Translations under genes and position numbers: made by a program
Shown here: in pieces, positions 1 to 10,471 of the stretch
Layout of the letters: each line of letters begins with the position of its first letter
How positions within the stretch are numbered: position 1 is the stretch's first letter
Source: an uncultured Chloroflexia bacterium
Lineage (GTDB): Bacteria > Chloroflexota > Limnocylindria > Limnocylindrales > CSP1-4
Length of the DNA stretch: 64,000 bases
Assembly: GCA_963760625.1 (NCBI GenBank)
Contig: CAVXDU010000013.1
Location: forward strand, 206,129-270,128
Direction: 5' to 3'
The notes under the pieces: generated by a model
Databases searched by the model: none
What the model saw: only the letters and a program-made list of their open reading frames with translations
Told to the model about the DNA's origin: nothing

Positions 1-380
1 TGTCCACGGGCGGGCAACTTGCGCGCGTAGCGCCACAGGTAGTCGTGGTCCAGCTCCTCCGGGGAGGGAGCCTTGAAGCCATGGACCGTTACGCCTTGCG
101 GGTTGACGCCGCTCATCACGTGCTTGATGGTGCCGTCCTTGCCCGCCGCATCCATCGCCTGGAGGATGACGAGCAGGGCATAGGTATCCTGCGCGGCCAG
201 CCGCGCCTGATACTCGGCGAGGAACTGGACGCCGCTGGCAAGCAGTTCCTTGGCCTCCGCCCTGGACTGCCTGCGCCTGCCCTCAGAGTCGAAATCGTGC
301 GGCAACCGAACGCGCCTGCCGGGTTCGACCCTGAACGGATCGATGGACCCCTTGATCCGCTTGGGTGTCAGTTGCGGCAT
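1..380 (-). CDS. ppk2: Polyphosphate kinase 2 (PPK2) family protein, N-terminal part; the gene runs off the left edge of the window
   Basis: Hand translation of the minus strand from ATG at 380-378 gives MPQLTPKRIKGSIDPFRVEPG...YALLVILQAMDAAGKDGTIKHVMSGVNPQGVTVHGFKAPSPEELDHDYLWRYARKLPARG. The MDAAGKDGTIKH P-loop and the PS-EEL-HDYLWR stretch are PPK2 hallmarks. It is absent from the ORF track because there is no stop inside the window. ORF 45..512(+) is its antisense shadow. Confidence 0.85.
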   Translation of the reverse strand, partial: MPQLTPKRIKGSIDPFRVEPGRRVRLPHDFDSEGRRRQSRAEAKELLASGVQFLAEYQARLAAQDTYALLVILQAMDAAGKDGTIKHVMSGVNPQGVTVHGFKAPSPEELDHDYLWRYARKLPARG

Positions 381-493
381 CCGCCGTTCCCCTCCTCTGC
401 TACCTGGACGCCCGCCGGGGACACCGATGTCGAGCCGAATGATGGCAAGCACCTTACGACTTTCACCCGACCCCCAACGGATACGATGGCAGC

Positions 494-991
494 GTGGATG
501 CATACGACGTGATGGGCTGGGAATCGTTCTCCGTCGCGATGCTGGGCGCCGCCGCGGTCCTGGTCGGCCTCATCTTCGTGGCCCTGTCCGTGAACATGCA
601 ACAGGTGCTGCGCTATCCGTGGCTCGTGAGCAGGGCGGGCGAGTCGATCCTGTGGCTGGTGGCGGTGCTCATCGCATGTGCGTTCCTGCTGGTGCCAGGT
701 CTCTCGATCGAGGTCCTGGGCGTGGGCCTCGTACTGTTGGGCGTGCTGGGCGTCGTGGTGGTCGCCGGCATGGGCATCCGGCGCCGTCAGGAGATCGAAC
801 CCGAGTTCCGCCGCACCGCGGATATCCAGTTGGCGACCGGAGTGGCCGCCCTGAGCCTGTTCGTGCCCGCGGGCGTGTCACTCATGCTCGGTACTGGCGG
901 CGGACTCTATTGGCTCGTGCCCGCGACGTTGTCCTGCATGGTGCTCTCGATGGTCAACGCATGGGTCCTGCAGGTCGAGATCAACCGGTAG
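494..991 (+). CDS. Hypothetical integral membrane protein (about 4 TM segments)
   Basis: ORF-track 165 aa with helix-length hydrophobic runs (AMLGAAAVLVGLIFVALSV, ILWLVAVLIACAFLLVPGL, LGVGLVLLGVLGVVVVAGMG, LYWLVPATLSCMVLSMV). No family recognised. Confidence 0.6.
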   Translation: MDAYDVMGWESFSVAMLGAAAVLVGLIFVALSVNMQQVLRYPWLVSRAGESILWLVAVLIACAFLLVPGLSIEVLGVGLVLLGVLGVVVVAGMGIRRRQEIEPEFRRTADIQLATGVAALSLFVPAGVSLMLGTGGGLYWLVPATLSCMVLSMVNAWVLQVEINR

Positions 992-1126
992 CGTGGATGG
1001 CATCGTCTATCAGACCACGACGAACTTGGGAGCCTGACGAACCTGGGGTCGTGGGAGGTCGGACCGAGCCGTCCCGGCCGCTGATCTCCAGTGCGCTGCG
1101 CTGGTCGACCCAGCGCCGCGTCGTCG

Positions 1127-2494
1127 CTACGGCACGACAGGTTCCTGGCCCAGCCAGGCGAAGTCGGTGTCCGGGTACGTCCCGCGGGTGTAGATCACGA
1201 CGCCGTGGCTGTGGCTGTCGATGCCCAGGGATTCGCTGTTCGCATCACCGTCGGTCGCCTCGTCGCCGGTGAGTTCCGTCGTCGATCCCGGGACGCCGTT
1301 CGCGAGGGTCCGGAACCGGAGGCCCAGGCTGACGATGCCGGTCGTATACAGGTGGTACAGCAACGCTGCCCTGCCGTCCGGCCGCATCACGAGTGTATCG
1401 AGTACGGCCACCCGGCCTTCGGGCGAGAGTCGTACCGGTTCGCGGAGATCGTTGTTGACCAGGTACCTGCTCCAGAGGATCGTCGCGCTACCGGACCCTC
1501 GTCGCCACACCACGAGGACACGGCCCGTGTGCGTCACGACGACGCGCGGGTCCGTCAAGTAGACGCTTGCAGTCGCCACGTCGCGTCCGACCCACGGATC
1601 GAGCGATCGATGGGTGTCCATCGTCGACAACCGGATGGTCATCGGCGAGGCGGAGGAGGCTGACCAGACGACGGCCGCTGTACCGTCATCGCCGATCGCT
1701 GAGAACGCGCGCTGCGCGTCGCCCGGGTCGGATAGTGTCCTGACCTTCCAGTCGGAGCCTGCCGTGTGCTTCCTTGTGGCGGCTCGAACGGTCATCTCGT
1801 CGAGGTCGTAGCCCTGGATGAATGACACCACGATGTCCCCCGAAGGGTTCACCGAGACGTCCGGGTCACCCGCATGGCTGTGCGAACCGCTGAGGAACCG
1901 ATCGTGCCATGTGCCGCCTGGCGCTTTGGTTGCTACTGCCACCCGATAGACGGGATCGCCCGGAGGCGGGACCTTGGGCGGGGCGTACGCCGCGACGACA
2001 AGCGTCCCGTCGTCAGCGCGGCCGATCGATGCCCCGGCGTGTTGATAGTCGGGTTGGTCGAAGACCCGCTGCGGATCGGACCATCGAAGGGTCTCGGAGT
2101 CGAGCTTGCTGACGAACACCTCGGTGTTCCCGTTGGAGAGATTGCGCTGGTAGGCAGCCCAGAAGTCGCCGCCTGCCGTCGGCACGACGACCAGGTCCTG
2201 CAGGAATATCCCGCGCAGTCGGACCGTCGCGACTCGCCAGGTCAAGCGACCGGGTAGCCGGACCCGGGCATGCACATCATTCTGGTACTGGACTCCTGTG
2301 CCCTCGAGCCAGATCACGACATCGGTGCCGTTCGGGGCGGTCGCGCCGATGGGATTCGCAAGGCCGTTCGTGCCCGGGATATGTCGCGGGGTGGTCCAGG
2401 CGGTGGCTGCGGAGACGGGCGCCGCGTAGCCAAGTGCAGCAGTCAGCAGGAGCGCCATGCTGGCGAGGACGTACGGTCTCGTGCGGATGGACAT
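1127..2494 (-). CDS. Secreted hypothetical protein (Sec signal peptide, repeated beta-strand-rich body)
   Basis: The real start is internal to the 584-aa ORF: ATG at 2494-2492 preceded by GGAGG. MSIRTRPYVLASMALLLTAALGYAAPVSA/ATAW reads as a signal peptide. The 129 codons upstream in the ORF are R/P/S-rich noise. Confidence 0.7.
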   Translation of the reverse strand: MSIRTRPYVLASMALLLTAALGYAAPVSAATAWTTPRHIPGTNGLANPIGATAPNGTDVVIWLEGTGVQYQNDVHARVRLPGRLTWRVATVRLRGIFLQDLVVVPTAGGDFWAAYQRNLSNGNTEVFVSKLDSETLRWSDPQRVFDQPDYQHAGASIGRADDGTLVVAAYAPPKVPPPGDPVYRVAVATKAPGGTWHDRFLSGSHSHAGDPDVSVNPSGDIVVSFIQGYDLDEMTVRAATRKHTAGSDWKVRTLSDPGDAQRAFSAIGDDGTAAVVWSASSASPMTIRLSTMDTHRSLDPWVGRDVATASVYLTDPRVVVTHTGRVLVVWRRGSGSATILWSRYLVNNDLREPVRLSPEGRVAVLDTLVMRPDGRAALLYHLYTTGIVSLGLRFRTLANGVPGSTTELTGDEATDGDANSESLGIDSHSHGVVIYTRGTYPDTDFAWLGQEPVVP

Positions 2495-2708
2495 CAGCAA
2501 CCTCCGAGCCTTGGTCACTTCCCGTGGGCCCAACCGTGCCATGTTGGAGAGTGACACATGATCCGGCGAGGAACCGAGGCTCTCATGTCCACACGGTGCT
2601 GTCGTCGCCTGCGTGCACGAACCCATTGCGTGCAGGGCGTAGCCTGACGACTGACCCCGGAGTCCGGGCAACAGCACCGCTGGCACGGGGACACACGGGG
2701 GCGGACCC

Positions 2709-3092
2709 ATGGCAGAACACCCCAACGCAGCCGTCGCGCGACGACTGGCCGAGGCCTTCGACACTGGCGACGCGGCCGTCGTCGCGGCAATAGGTGACGA
2801 GATCACCGCGGATGACGTGGTGTGGCACGAGATCGGCCGCACCGAACCCAGGCGTGGCAAGGGCGAGTTACGGGCCGGCATGGCCGACGTCGACTACACC
2901 ATCTCGGCAACGGTCCATGACATCCTGGCCAACGACGAGCATGCCATCGTGCTTGCCAACGCCACTGCCACGCGCGGCGGCAGGACGCTCGAGTATCGGG
3001 TCGCCGAGATCTATCACATCCGGGACGGCAAGATCACTGAGCGCTGGGCATTCTCGGACGACACGGCGGCCATCACGGCGTTCTTCGCCTAG
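2709..3092 (+). CDS. SnoaL-like / NTF2-fold family protein
   Basis: 127 aa. The N-terminal NAAVARRLAEAFDTGDAAV and C-terminal EIYHIRDGKITERWAFSDD pattern is typical of SnoaL-like polyketide-cyclase-fold proteins. Confidence 0.7.
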   Translation: MAEHPNAAVARRLAEAFDTGDAAVVAAIGDEITADDVVWHEIGRTEPRRGKGELRAGMADVDYTISATVHDILANDEHAIVLANATATRGGRTLEYRVAEIYHIRDGKITERWAFSDDTAAITAFFA

Positions 3093-3219
3093 GCTCCGGA
3101 GCCCGGTCCATGCGCAAGTTGGCGACCGAGGCCATCAGGAAGCCCGTTCGGATCACCTCGGAGGCGGTGCGCTACCGTGCGCCGATGCTTGGGTGTCGTG
3201 GACGTCGGGAGACCGGCGC

Positions 3220-4409
3220 ATGAGGCGTCCGGTCGCGCGTGCGGCGGTCCTCCTGGCGATGTGTCTCCTGGGCGTGGTTGGCACGGCGCCCGCAGGCGAG
3301 GCACAGGAGACAAGCCCGGCGCCGGTCCCTGCATGGACACTCGTGCGTGCCTGGCTCCTCGAGATCGATCGAGGACCTGACAGACTCTGCGGACCTAGCC
3401 GGTCCCGCCGACGTGACAGACCCCACCATCGAGCAGATGGTGGGCCAGAAGCTCATCATCCGGATGTCCGGCCGCAAGCCAGGTTCCGCCCTGCTTGACC
3501 GAGTCAGGCGCGGCGAGGTCGGCGGCGTTGTGCTCCTGGCGTCGAACATCACGACCAGGTCGGCTCTTATCGTCGCTCACCAGGAGACTCCAGGGCGCAG
3601 CTGCTGATGGCGGTCAGCCACCACTGCTCATAGCGGTGGACCAGGAGGGTGGCTCGGTCAGGCGGATCCCGTGGGCGCCACCCACGGTGACCGTGCCTGG
3701 GATGGGCGCCATCGGCAGCGATACCGTCGCCCGCCGGCAGGGCGCCAGGACCGGTGCCGCGCTCCGGGCCGTGGGCGTGAATGTGGACCTGGCGCCGGTC
3801 GCGGACATCCCTCGCTCGACGTCGTCATTCATGTACCAGCAAGGCCGCACCTTCTCGTTCAGCGCCGACCGCACGGCAAGGCTGGCGGACGCGTTCGCCT
3901 CGGGGCTCGCATCGACCGGCGTCCTGGCGACCATGAAGCACTTTCCAGGGATCGGCCTCGCGACACGGAACACGGACCGACATGTCGACACCATCACGGC
4001 CTCGAAGACGGCCCTTGGCAGGGATCTCCGACCCTATCGGCGGGCCATCAAGCACGACATCCCGCTCATCATGCTGTCGAACGCCACGTACACGGCATAT
4101 GACAGCGAGAACGCAGCTGGCTGGTCGCACGCCATCGGGGTGACGCTGCTACGACGCGACCTCGGTTTCACGGGCGTGACCATGACCGATTCGCTCGATG
4201 GCACGGCGCACGCCCGCGGCCTGACCGACAAGGTCCTCGCGATCCGGGCTGCCGCCGCGGGCACGGACATGATCCTGATGACAGGCTCCGAGAGGACTTC
4301 GGCTCGGGTGTTCGCGGCCCTCGTGGCCGCTGCCCGTGCGGGATCGATACCGGTGCCCATGCTGCGGGAGTCATACGACCGCATCGTCGCCCTCAAGGGG
4401 GGTCTCTGA
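3220..4409 (+). CDS. Glycoside hydrolase family 3 N-terminal-domain protein (NagZ-like beta-N-acetylhexosaminidase), secreted; needs two frame changes as assembled
   Basis: The gene is spread over three frames. The signal peptide MRRPVARAAVLLAMCLLGVVGTAPAGEAQ starts at 3220. The N-terminal GH3 segment IEQMVGQKLIIRMSG...VGGVVLLASNI lies in the frame of ORF 3239..3607. The catalytic part LLIAVDQEGGSVRRI...KHFPGIG...TDSLDG lies in ORF 3495..4409. Confidence 0.8.
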
Positions 4410-4728
4410 CGATCGCCAGCAGGCACGCTGCCGAGCTCTGAGTTGGAAGGTCTGACTCGTTCAGCCGCGCCGACGAATGTGATGGTGTGTGGTGCGGCTC
4501 GAGTGCGGAAGCGACCGCGTCATCGTCAGATATGCATGAGCGGGATGCTGGGCAGTGGCCGGCCGCTCGACATCTGACAGTTAGTCACCGGCGGACTGAA
4601 TGGCAGAAGACAGGGCTGGAAACGACCCTTGGAAGGCCACTGGCCGCGAGGTAGCCCGCCGAACATCCCCTGGATGCATACGTGACAGAAGCCAGGTCGG
4701 TCGGCGGCGCATCGTGCGAGGTGGGCGG

Positions 4729-4848
4729 GTGGCACACCTTGGCCGTGGCACACCTTGGCCGTGGCACACCTTGGCCGTGGCGCACACCTCCGGCACGCGG
4801 CCCACCTTGGGCGCGCGGCACACCTCCGGCCCGCGGCACACTTCCCGG
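4729..4848. repeat. Degenerate tandem repeat array, 7 contiguous units of 16-20 bp (consensus about GYGGCACACCTYSGSC)
   Basis: Three perfect 16-bp units gtggcacaccttggcc lie at 4729-4744, 4745-4760 and 4761-4776. Diverged units follow: gtggcgcacacctccggcac, gcggcccaccttgggcgc, gcggcacacctccggccc and gcggcacacttcccgg. The unit length is not a multiple of 3 and all frames are open here only because of base composition. Confidence 0.85.
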
Positions 4849-5520
4849 GTGGGCGTGCAACTCGATCACCTGGTCGTCGCCGCTGGCTCGCTCGACCAGG
4901 GGATGGCGTGGTGCGAGGCGAGCCTGGGTGTCCAGCCGGGGCCCGGCGGACGACATCCGCTCATTGGCACCCACAATCTGCTGGTGCGGCTCGACGGCGA
5001 CACGTGGCCGATGGCCTACCTGGAGATCATCGCCATCGACCCGGACGCCAGCCCGCCGTTGCGACCGCGCTGGTTCGGCCTGGATGACCCGGCGACACGG
5101 GCGGTCCTGGAGCGATCGCCACGACTCATCCACTGGGTCTGCCGAAGCACCGACATCGAGCGTACCCGCCACCAATTGCTGAATCTCGGTGTGGATCCGG
5201 GCCCGGTGCTCGTGGGCGAACGTGAGACACCGTCTGGCAAGCTGCGCTGGCGGATCACTGTTCCCGACGACGGCCGGCTGGCGCTCGAGGGTGTAGTGCC
5301 GAGCCTCATCGAGTGGGAAGGCGTCCACCCGACGACGTCGATGCCAGCCAGCGGGTTGTCACTGACCGGGTTGACGTTGGGCGGTCTGCCGGCTGGGGTC
5401 GCGCAGGCACTACGCCTCCCGCTGTTGGGCGTGATCGAGAGTGGCGACCCCACGATCGCGGCCGCGTTCGACACGCCACGTGGCAAGGTCACCCTCGTGT
5501 CCGGGAGTCGCACCACCTGA
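4849..5520 (+). CDS. VOC-superfamily protein (glyoxalase-like domain)
   Basis: The family-like N-terminus QLDHLVVAAGSLDQGMAWCEASLGV...GGRHPLIGTHNLLVRL...YLEIIAIDP begins right at GTG 4849 (or GTG 4855). The upstream 83 codons of ORF 4600..5520 run through the tandem repeat and look non-coding. Confidence 0.7.
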   Translation: MGVQLDHLVVAAGSLDQGMAWCEASLGVQPGPGGRHPLIGTHNLLVRLDGDTWPMAYLEIIAIDPDASPPLRPRWFGLDDPATRAVLERSPRLIHWVCRSTDIERTRHQLLNLGVDPGPVLVGERETPSGKLRWRITVPDDGRLALEGVVPSLIEWEGVHPTTSMPASGLSLTGLTLGGLPAGVAQALRLPLLGVIESGDPTIAAAFDTPRGKVTLVSGSRTT

Positions 5521-5576
5521 CGGGATCTCGCCCATCCACGCGTCGCTGCAACGGGGAGCAGCTCGCGACGTGGGTG

Positions 5577-8049
5577 TCAGCCCGGCTGGACCACGGTCGC
5601 AGGCACTGGCTGGTGCTTGCCGCGGAGATACCAGGTGAGACGCTCGTACGACATCGGCCGGGCAAGCAGGAAGCCCTGACCCATCGTCGTGCCCAGTGCC
5701 CGCAGGACATCCATCTGCTCCGGACGCTCGATACCCTCTGCGATCGTTTCGAGACCAAGGGACCGACCCATCTCGACGATCGTCTGGACCAGCGTCGGAT
5801 CCGTATCGCTCGCAGCCAACGCGGCGACGAACGAGCGATCGATCTTGAGGAAGTCGACCGGGAAGCGAGTCAGGTAGCTGAGCGAGGAATATCCGGTTCC
5901 GAAGTCGTCGATGGCCAGCCGCACGCCCATCGCACGCAGACGGGTCATCATCTGCAGCCCAGATCGGACGTCGCGGATGAGCACGCTCTCGGTCATCTCA
6001 AGGACAAGTCGATCAGGAGACAGCCCTGACCCGACCAGGACCTGCGCGACGGATGCGACGAAGTCCTCGTCGCCCAGCTGCCTGCCGGAGACGTTGACGC
6101 TCACGCTCATCCCGTCGCCTTCGGCGCCGAGGGCAACCAGGTGGGCGCATGCCGTCTCCAGCACCCATCGGCCGATCTCGACGATCGCGCCGGACTGCTC
6201 CGCGAGCGGTATGAAGACCACGGGCGGGATGTCGCCCCGCGTCGGATGTTGCCAGCGGAGGAGCGCCTCGATCTTCATCACGCGACCGCTTCGAAGGTCC
6301 ACGATCGGCTGGTACACGAGACGCAGCTCCCCGCGAGCGAGAGCCCCATCCAGGTCGGAGCGCAAGGACAGCCGGTCGACAGCCTCCGCCGACATCTGGG
6401 CGTCAAACAGCGCAAACCGGTTGCCGCCCTCGCCCTTCGCGAGGTACATGGCGATGTCCGCGTTGCTCATCAGCTGGTCCGCTGTCTGGCCCGCTTCTGA
6501 GATCGCCACGCCGATGCTGGCTCGAACAGTGACCGCCTCGGCTGGATGCCCGTCCTGGTCGGCGAGCACTTCGACTGGCGTCCGCAGCGCGTCCAGGATC
6601 CGCTGCGCGACATCGACCGTCGTGTTCCGGTCGGCGGCATCCTCGACGAGCACCGCGAACTCGTCTCCTCCGAGGCGCGCCACGCTGTCCATGTCGCGCA
6701 CTGCTGAGCGAACACGTTCCCCGACCGCCACGAGCAGCCGATCGCCGATGGAATGGCCACGGACGTCGTTGACCGACTTGAAGTCATCCAGGTCCAGGAA
6801 CAGCAGGCCTATGGGTTGCCCGTCGCGGCTCCTGGTCAGCGCGTGACCGACTCGGTCGACGAAGAGGGCGCGATTGGCAAGTCCGGTCAGGCTGTCATGG
6901 AAGGCCTGCTCGGTGAGTTGCTCCTCCAATCGCTTCCGGACCGTGACATCGTGGGAGTTGAGCACGATGCCGCCCACGGCCGGGTCCTCGAGACGATTGG
7001 TGGCGACGACGTCGATGACCCGCCAGCCACCATCCCGATGCCGCAGCCGGAGCTCTGCGGTGGCCTGGTCGCGCGCTGTGACCTGGATCCCCGCGAGGAG
7101 CCGGCGAGCCCGCTCCTCGTCGTCGGGATGGATGATCTCCAGCATCGAGTGACCGACGCGATCGGTCGGCGCGTAGCCCAACATGCGTTCGACCGCAGGG
7201 CTGGAATAGCTCACCGTGCCGTCCGCATCCAGCACAGCGATGATATCCGCGGAGTTGTGGACCAGCGAACGAAAGCGCTCCTCACCCCGTCGAAGGTCGA
7301 CCGCCAGCAGCTCCTGCGCGAGGGTCCGCTCCCGCAGCAGCCGGTTCTGGGTGGTGAGCCGTCGCGAGGTTCCGGAGAATCCGAGGTACAGCAACAGGAG
7401 CAGACCGGCGCCGCAGATACCGACGATGATGAGTGCGTCCCTGCTGGTGGCCTCCACATGCGCGTCGATGTGTGCGGCGTTGTGGTAGACCTCGTAGGCA
7501 CCGATGATGTCGCCCGTCGCCGGATCGCGAAGCGGCAGGTAGACCTCCAGCACGCGATTGGCCAGGCCTCGCTCGAAGACGTTCTCGCTCGCGTCGGGTG
7601 CCGTCAGCTCCGTCTCGACCTCGCCTGCGAGTGCCTCCTCCAGCTCCTCGCTGACATCGAACGCCCGCCCCCGTAGTGCCGGGAGGTCGGAGAACACGAC
7701 CGTGCCGGCGGGGTTCCAGATTCTTGATCCGCAGCAGGTTGTCCGCGGTCAGGCGTTCGAGCCGCGTGTTGATGACCTCGGCCACACTCGGCGAAGCATG
7801 TGACATCGCGGCCGCCGTCAGCAGCTCGTCCACGTCACCGCGGACGATCGTCTCGACGCTCAGCACCGCTTCGTCGACCGCGGTCGCCGTCACGTGACCA
7901 GCGACCGTATCGGCGACCGCCAACGCTAGCGCGAGGACCAGAACGGCCGCTATGGCGACCACGCTACCGCGTGGGCCCGGCAGCAGCCGCCGAGCCCATC
8001 CCGCAACGGGTCGTATCACGGCTGGGGGGTGGGGGACCGTTATGTGCAT
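5577..8049 (-). CDS. Membrane-anchored sensor, PAS-GGDEF-EAL (diguanylate cyclase/phosphodiesterase); one frame change near 7720-7726
   Basis: PAS (HNSADIIAVLDADGTVSYSSPAVERMLGY), GGDEF (RLGGDEFAVLV) and EAL (EALLRWQHP ... DDFGTGYSSLSYL) motifs are present. The N-terminal TM and sensor part (MHITVPHPP...VVAIAAVLVLALALAV...LLRIK) sits in ORF 7282..8106. It joins the main ORF if one a is removed from aagaatctgg, giving LLRIK-IWNPAGTVVFSDLP. Confidence 0.9.
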
Positions 8050-8214
8050 CCTGGTGCCGAGGGGTGAGGACCCCGAAACGCTCGCCGACCACCCAGGTCG
8101 AATCAACCGAACGCTGGTTCACCCATCGGACGCCGAAGGTACGGCCTGTGGCGCGCGTTCCTGTGCTCGCCCAGAAGGGAGCCCGGACGCCCATACTCAG
8201 GCGTCGCCGGTCGC

Positions 8215-8559
8215 ATGTCGGTGGCCGGACCAGCAGGGATGGAGGACGACGTGATCATCGTTCGAACCGTGATGCAGGCGGAGTTCGGCAAGGGTGGCGA
8301 GCTGGCCGCCGAGTTCGTGCGTGCGGCCACACAGATGCAGGCAGAGATGGGGACCAGGAGCCGATGGCGCGTGCTGACGGACCTGTCGGGTCCATTCGAC
8401 ACTGTCGTCCAGGAGATCGAAGCCGAGAGCATGGCGGCGTGGGAGGAGGCTCGCGCCAAGCTCTTCGGCCTCCAGGCGTTCCGCGAGTCCATGGGCCGCA
8501 TGCAGGGCATGATCGTGTCCGGCCGAAACGAACTCTGGACGGTCGAGGGCGAGGGTTGA
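8215..8559 (+). CDS. Small hypothetical protein (possibly a dimeric alpha+beta barrel / NIPSNAP-like fold)
   Basis: 114-aa ORF. VIIVRTVMQAEFGKGGELAAEF...ESMAAWEEARAKLF has a coding-like composition. The start may be ATG 8239 instead. The fold guess is weak. Confidence 0.5.
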   Translation: MSVAGPAGMEDDVIIVRTVMQAEFGKGGELAAEFVRAATQMQAEMGTRSRWRVLTDLSGPFDTVVQEIEAESMAAWEEARAKLFGLQAFRESMGRMQGMIVSGRNELWTVEGEG

Positions 8560-8611
8560 GGGCGACAGCGACCAACGTGAGTCCCAGGGAGATCCGCCCT
8601 GGGTGAGGAAC

Positions 8612-9310
8612 CATGACCACGGAGGTCATCGCCGGGGCACTGCTCATCGTGGTGCCCATCGCCTTCAACCTCGCGTTCTTCGAGTTAGGGCGGGTCTACG
8701 ACTATCCCGACATCCTGCGCAGGGAACCGGACGAGATCTCCGGCGATTCGCGGCGGGCGGGTCCGGATTGATCCTGCGCTGGGAGGCGTTGCTGGTCAGC
8801 GCGCTCCTGATGCTGCCGCTGACAGCGATGCTGGCCGTGGTCCTGGGGGCGTCGGCCGATCTGACCGTCCTGTGCATCGTGGTCGGTGCGACGGCCGCCG
8901 TTGTGCAGGGTGTGGGCCTGGTTCGCTGGCCCTTCGCGGTGCCGGAGCTGGCCCGGCGCTATCTGGCGGCCCCGGACGGACCGGACGGTGATGCCACACG
9001 GCGCACCGTAGAGGTGGTGTTCGCGACGATGCACCGACTGCTCGGCGTGGGCATCGGCGAACACCTGGGCTACGGGTTCACGGGCCTCTGGACATTACTG
9101 GTCGGGGCGTCGATCCTTTCCACCACGATCCTGCCCGCGTGGGCCGGCGTCGTGGGAATCCCTATCGGCGTCGCGCTGCTCATCGGCACCCTTGAGTTCG
9201 TGGGGCCCAACGAGCGAGACGGCTGGTCGCTGGCGGGGACCATCGTGCCCATCGCCTACGTGGCGTGGTCGATCTGGCTCATCATCCTGGGGCTGTTGCT
9301 GCTCCTCTGA
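8612..9310 (+). CDS. DUF4386-like integral membrane protein; one frame change near 8738
   Basis: ATG 8612 gives MTTEVIAGALLIVVPIAFNLAFFELGRVYDYPDILRREPDEI. The protein continues as LRRFAAGGSGLILRWEALLVS... in ORF 8603..9310 if one c is restored in gagatc(c)tccgg. Confidence 0.7.
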   Translation, partial: HDHGGHRRGTAHRGAHRLQPRVLRVRAGLRLSRHPAQGTGRDLRRFAAGGSGLILRWEALLVSALLMLPLTAMLAVVLGASADLTVLCIVVGATAAVVQGVGLVRWPFAVPELARRYLAAPDGPDGDATRRTVEVVFATMHRLLGVGIGEHLGYGFTGLWTLLVGASILSTTILPAWAGVVGIPIGVALLIGTLEFVGPNERDGWSLAGTIVPIAYVAWSIWLIILGLLLLL

Positions 9311-9317
9311 GCGACGT

Positions 9318-9340
9318 CGCCCGAAGTCGTAGTTCGGGCG
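9318..9340 (+). terminator. GC-rich hairpin downstream of the DUF4386 gene (putative intrinsic terminator, no U-tract)
   Basis: cgcccgaa-gtcgtag-ttcgggcg forms an 8-bp perfect stem with a 7-nt loop, starting 8 nt after the stop at 9310. Confidence 0.35.
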
Positions 9341-9405
9341 CCCCGCAGGTGCCTCCATCGCATCCCGTAGGATGGTGGCAGCCAGTTAGTCGAGGGCATG
9401 CTGCG

Positions 9406-10408
9406 GTGCACGAGATCGGAACCGGGATACCCGAGGCGGCCGTGAGCGTCGGCGTCCCACCCGGGCCCCAACCCAAGGACATGGTCTGGGTGCCGGGCGG
9501 CTCGTTCCTGATGGGATCCGCGGACTTCTATCCGGAGGAGCGACCAGTCCACCAGGTGGCGGTCGATGGATTCTGGATGGACGAGCACCAGGTCACAGTG
9601 GCGGAGTTCCGGCGCTTCGTGAAGGCGACTGGGCACGTGACCGTGGCCGAGCGCCCGCTTGATGCTGCCGATTACCCGGCTGCGGCTCCCGACGAGCTGG
9701 TGCCCGGGTCATTGGTGTTCCAGCCCAGCCGGGGACCCGTTCCGCTCGACGACTACCGAAATTGGTGGGCATATGTGCCGGGTGCGCAGTGGCGCCATCC
9801 CGAGGGTCCGGCGAGCGATGTCGTGGGGCGCGACCGCCATCCCGTGACGCATGTCGCCTGGGACGATGTGGTGGCATATGCCAACTGGGTGGGCAAGGAG
9901 CTGCCGACCGAGGCCGAGTGGGAACGCGCCGCGCGCGGCGGGCTCGAGGGCAAGGTCTACACCTGGGGCGATGAATTCGCGCCCCGTGGCCGGATGATGG
10001 CCAACACGTGGCAGGGTGAGTTTCCCATGGCAGAACCTGGCCCTGGACAAGTACATCGGGACATCGCCCGTCAAGTCATTCCCGCCCAACGGGTTCGGAC
10101 TGTTCGACATGGCCGGCAACGTCTGGGAGTGGACCGCGGACTTCTACACCCCGCGCCATCCCGGCGAGGTGCAGCACGCATGCTGCGGCCCTGCCGAGCC
10201 GCGTCTCAACCCGAGGGTCACGACACCTGACCTGAGCTTCAACGTAGGCCAGCCGGGGGCGGCATTCCCACGTCATGTGGTCAAGGGCGGCTCCCACCTG
10301 TGCGCGCCAAACTATTGCCTGCGCTACCGGCCGGCGGCGAGGCAGGCCCAGTCGGTCGAGACCTCCATGAGCCACATGGGCTTCCGCTGCATCGTCCGAC
10401 CGTCCTGA
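9406..10408 (+). CDS. Formylglycine-generating enzyme (FGE/SUMF1-type sulfatase maturase); one frame change near 10027
   Basis: MVWVPGGSFLMGSADFYPEERPVHQVAVDGFWMD...HVAWDDVVAYANWVGKELPTEAEWERAARGG lies in ORF 9265..10230. FPWQNLALDKY...GNVWEWTADFY...KGGSHLCAPNYCLRYRPAARQ lies in ORF 10016..10408. They join if the a in tttccc-a-tggcag is removed. The start is GTG 9406 or ATG 9481. Confidence 0.9.
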
Positions 10409-10471
10409 TCCGGGTTCAGGAGCCTACCCCCGACCCCCTATCTGGGCGCTCGAGGCGCAGGGGGTTCGCTC

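Noticed and set aside
4560-4728. Cobalamin-riboswitch-like fragments (ggaaggccactgg, agccagg) in the AT-richer gap upstream of the repeat array.
   Set aside because: The order and spacing of the pieces do not match the B12-box architecture as I remember it. No paired stems could be drawn with confidence. The downstream gene (VOC family) is unrelated to cobalamin. A covariance-model search (Rfam/Infernal) would be needed to revive this.
4729-4848. Possible CRISPR array, because of the regular short repeats.
   Set aside because: The units are directly contiguous with no spacers, they degenerate progressively, and no cas genes are in the window. It is a tandem repeat, not a CRISPR array.
5577-7697. 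The ORF-track start (MFSDLPALRG) taken as the true N-terminus of the GGDEF-EAL protein.
   Set aside because: The upstream ORF 7282..8106 supplies a TM helix and a sensor segment. These join seamlessly (LLRIK-IWNPAGTVVFSDLP) after removing one base, so the listed start is an artefact of the frame break.
7715-7730. Programmed ribosomal frameshifting at this and the other frame junctions.
   Set aside because: The junctions have no shared slippery heptamer or downstream structure. They fall inside catalytic domains of unrelated families, and they are of both signs. Random indels, whether technical or mutational, explain them better.
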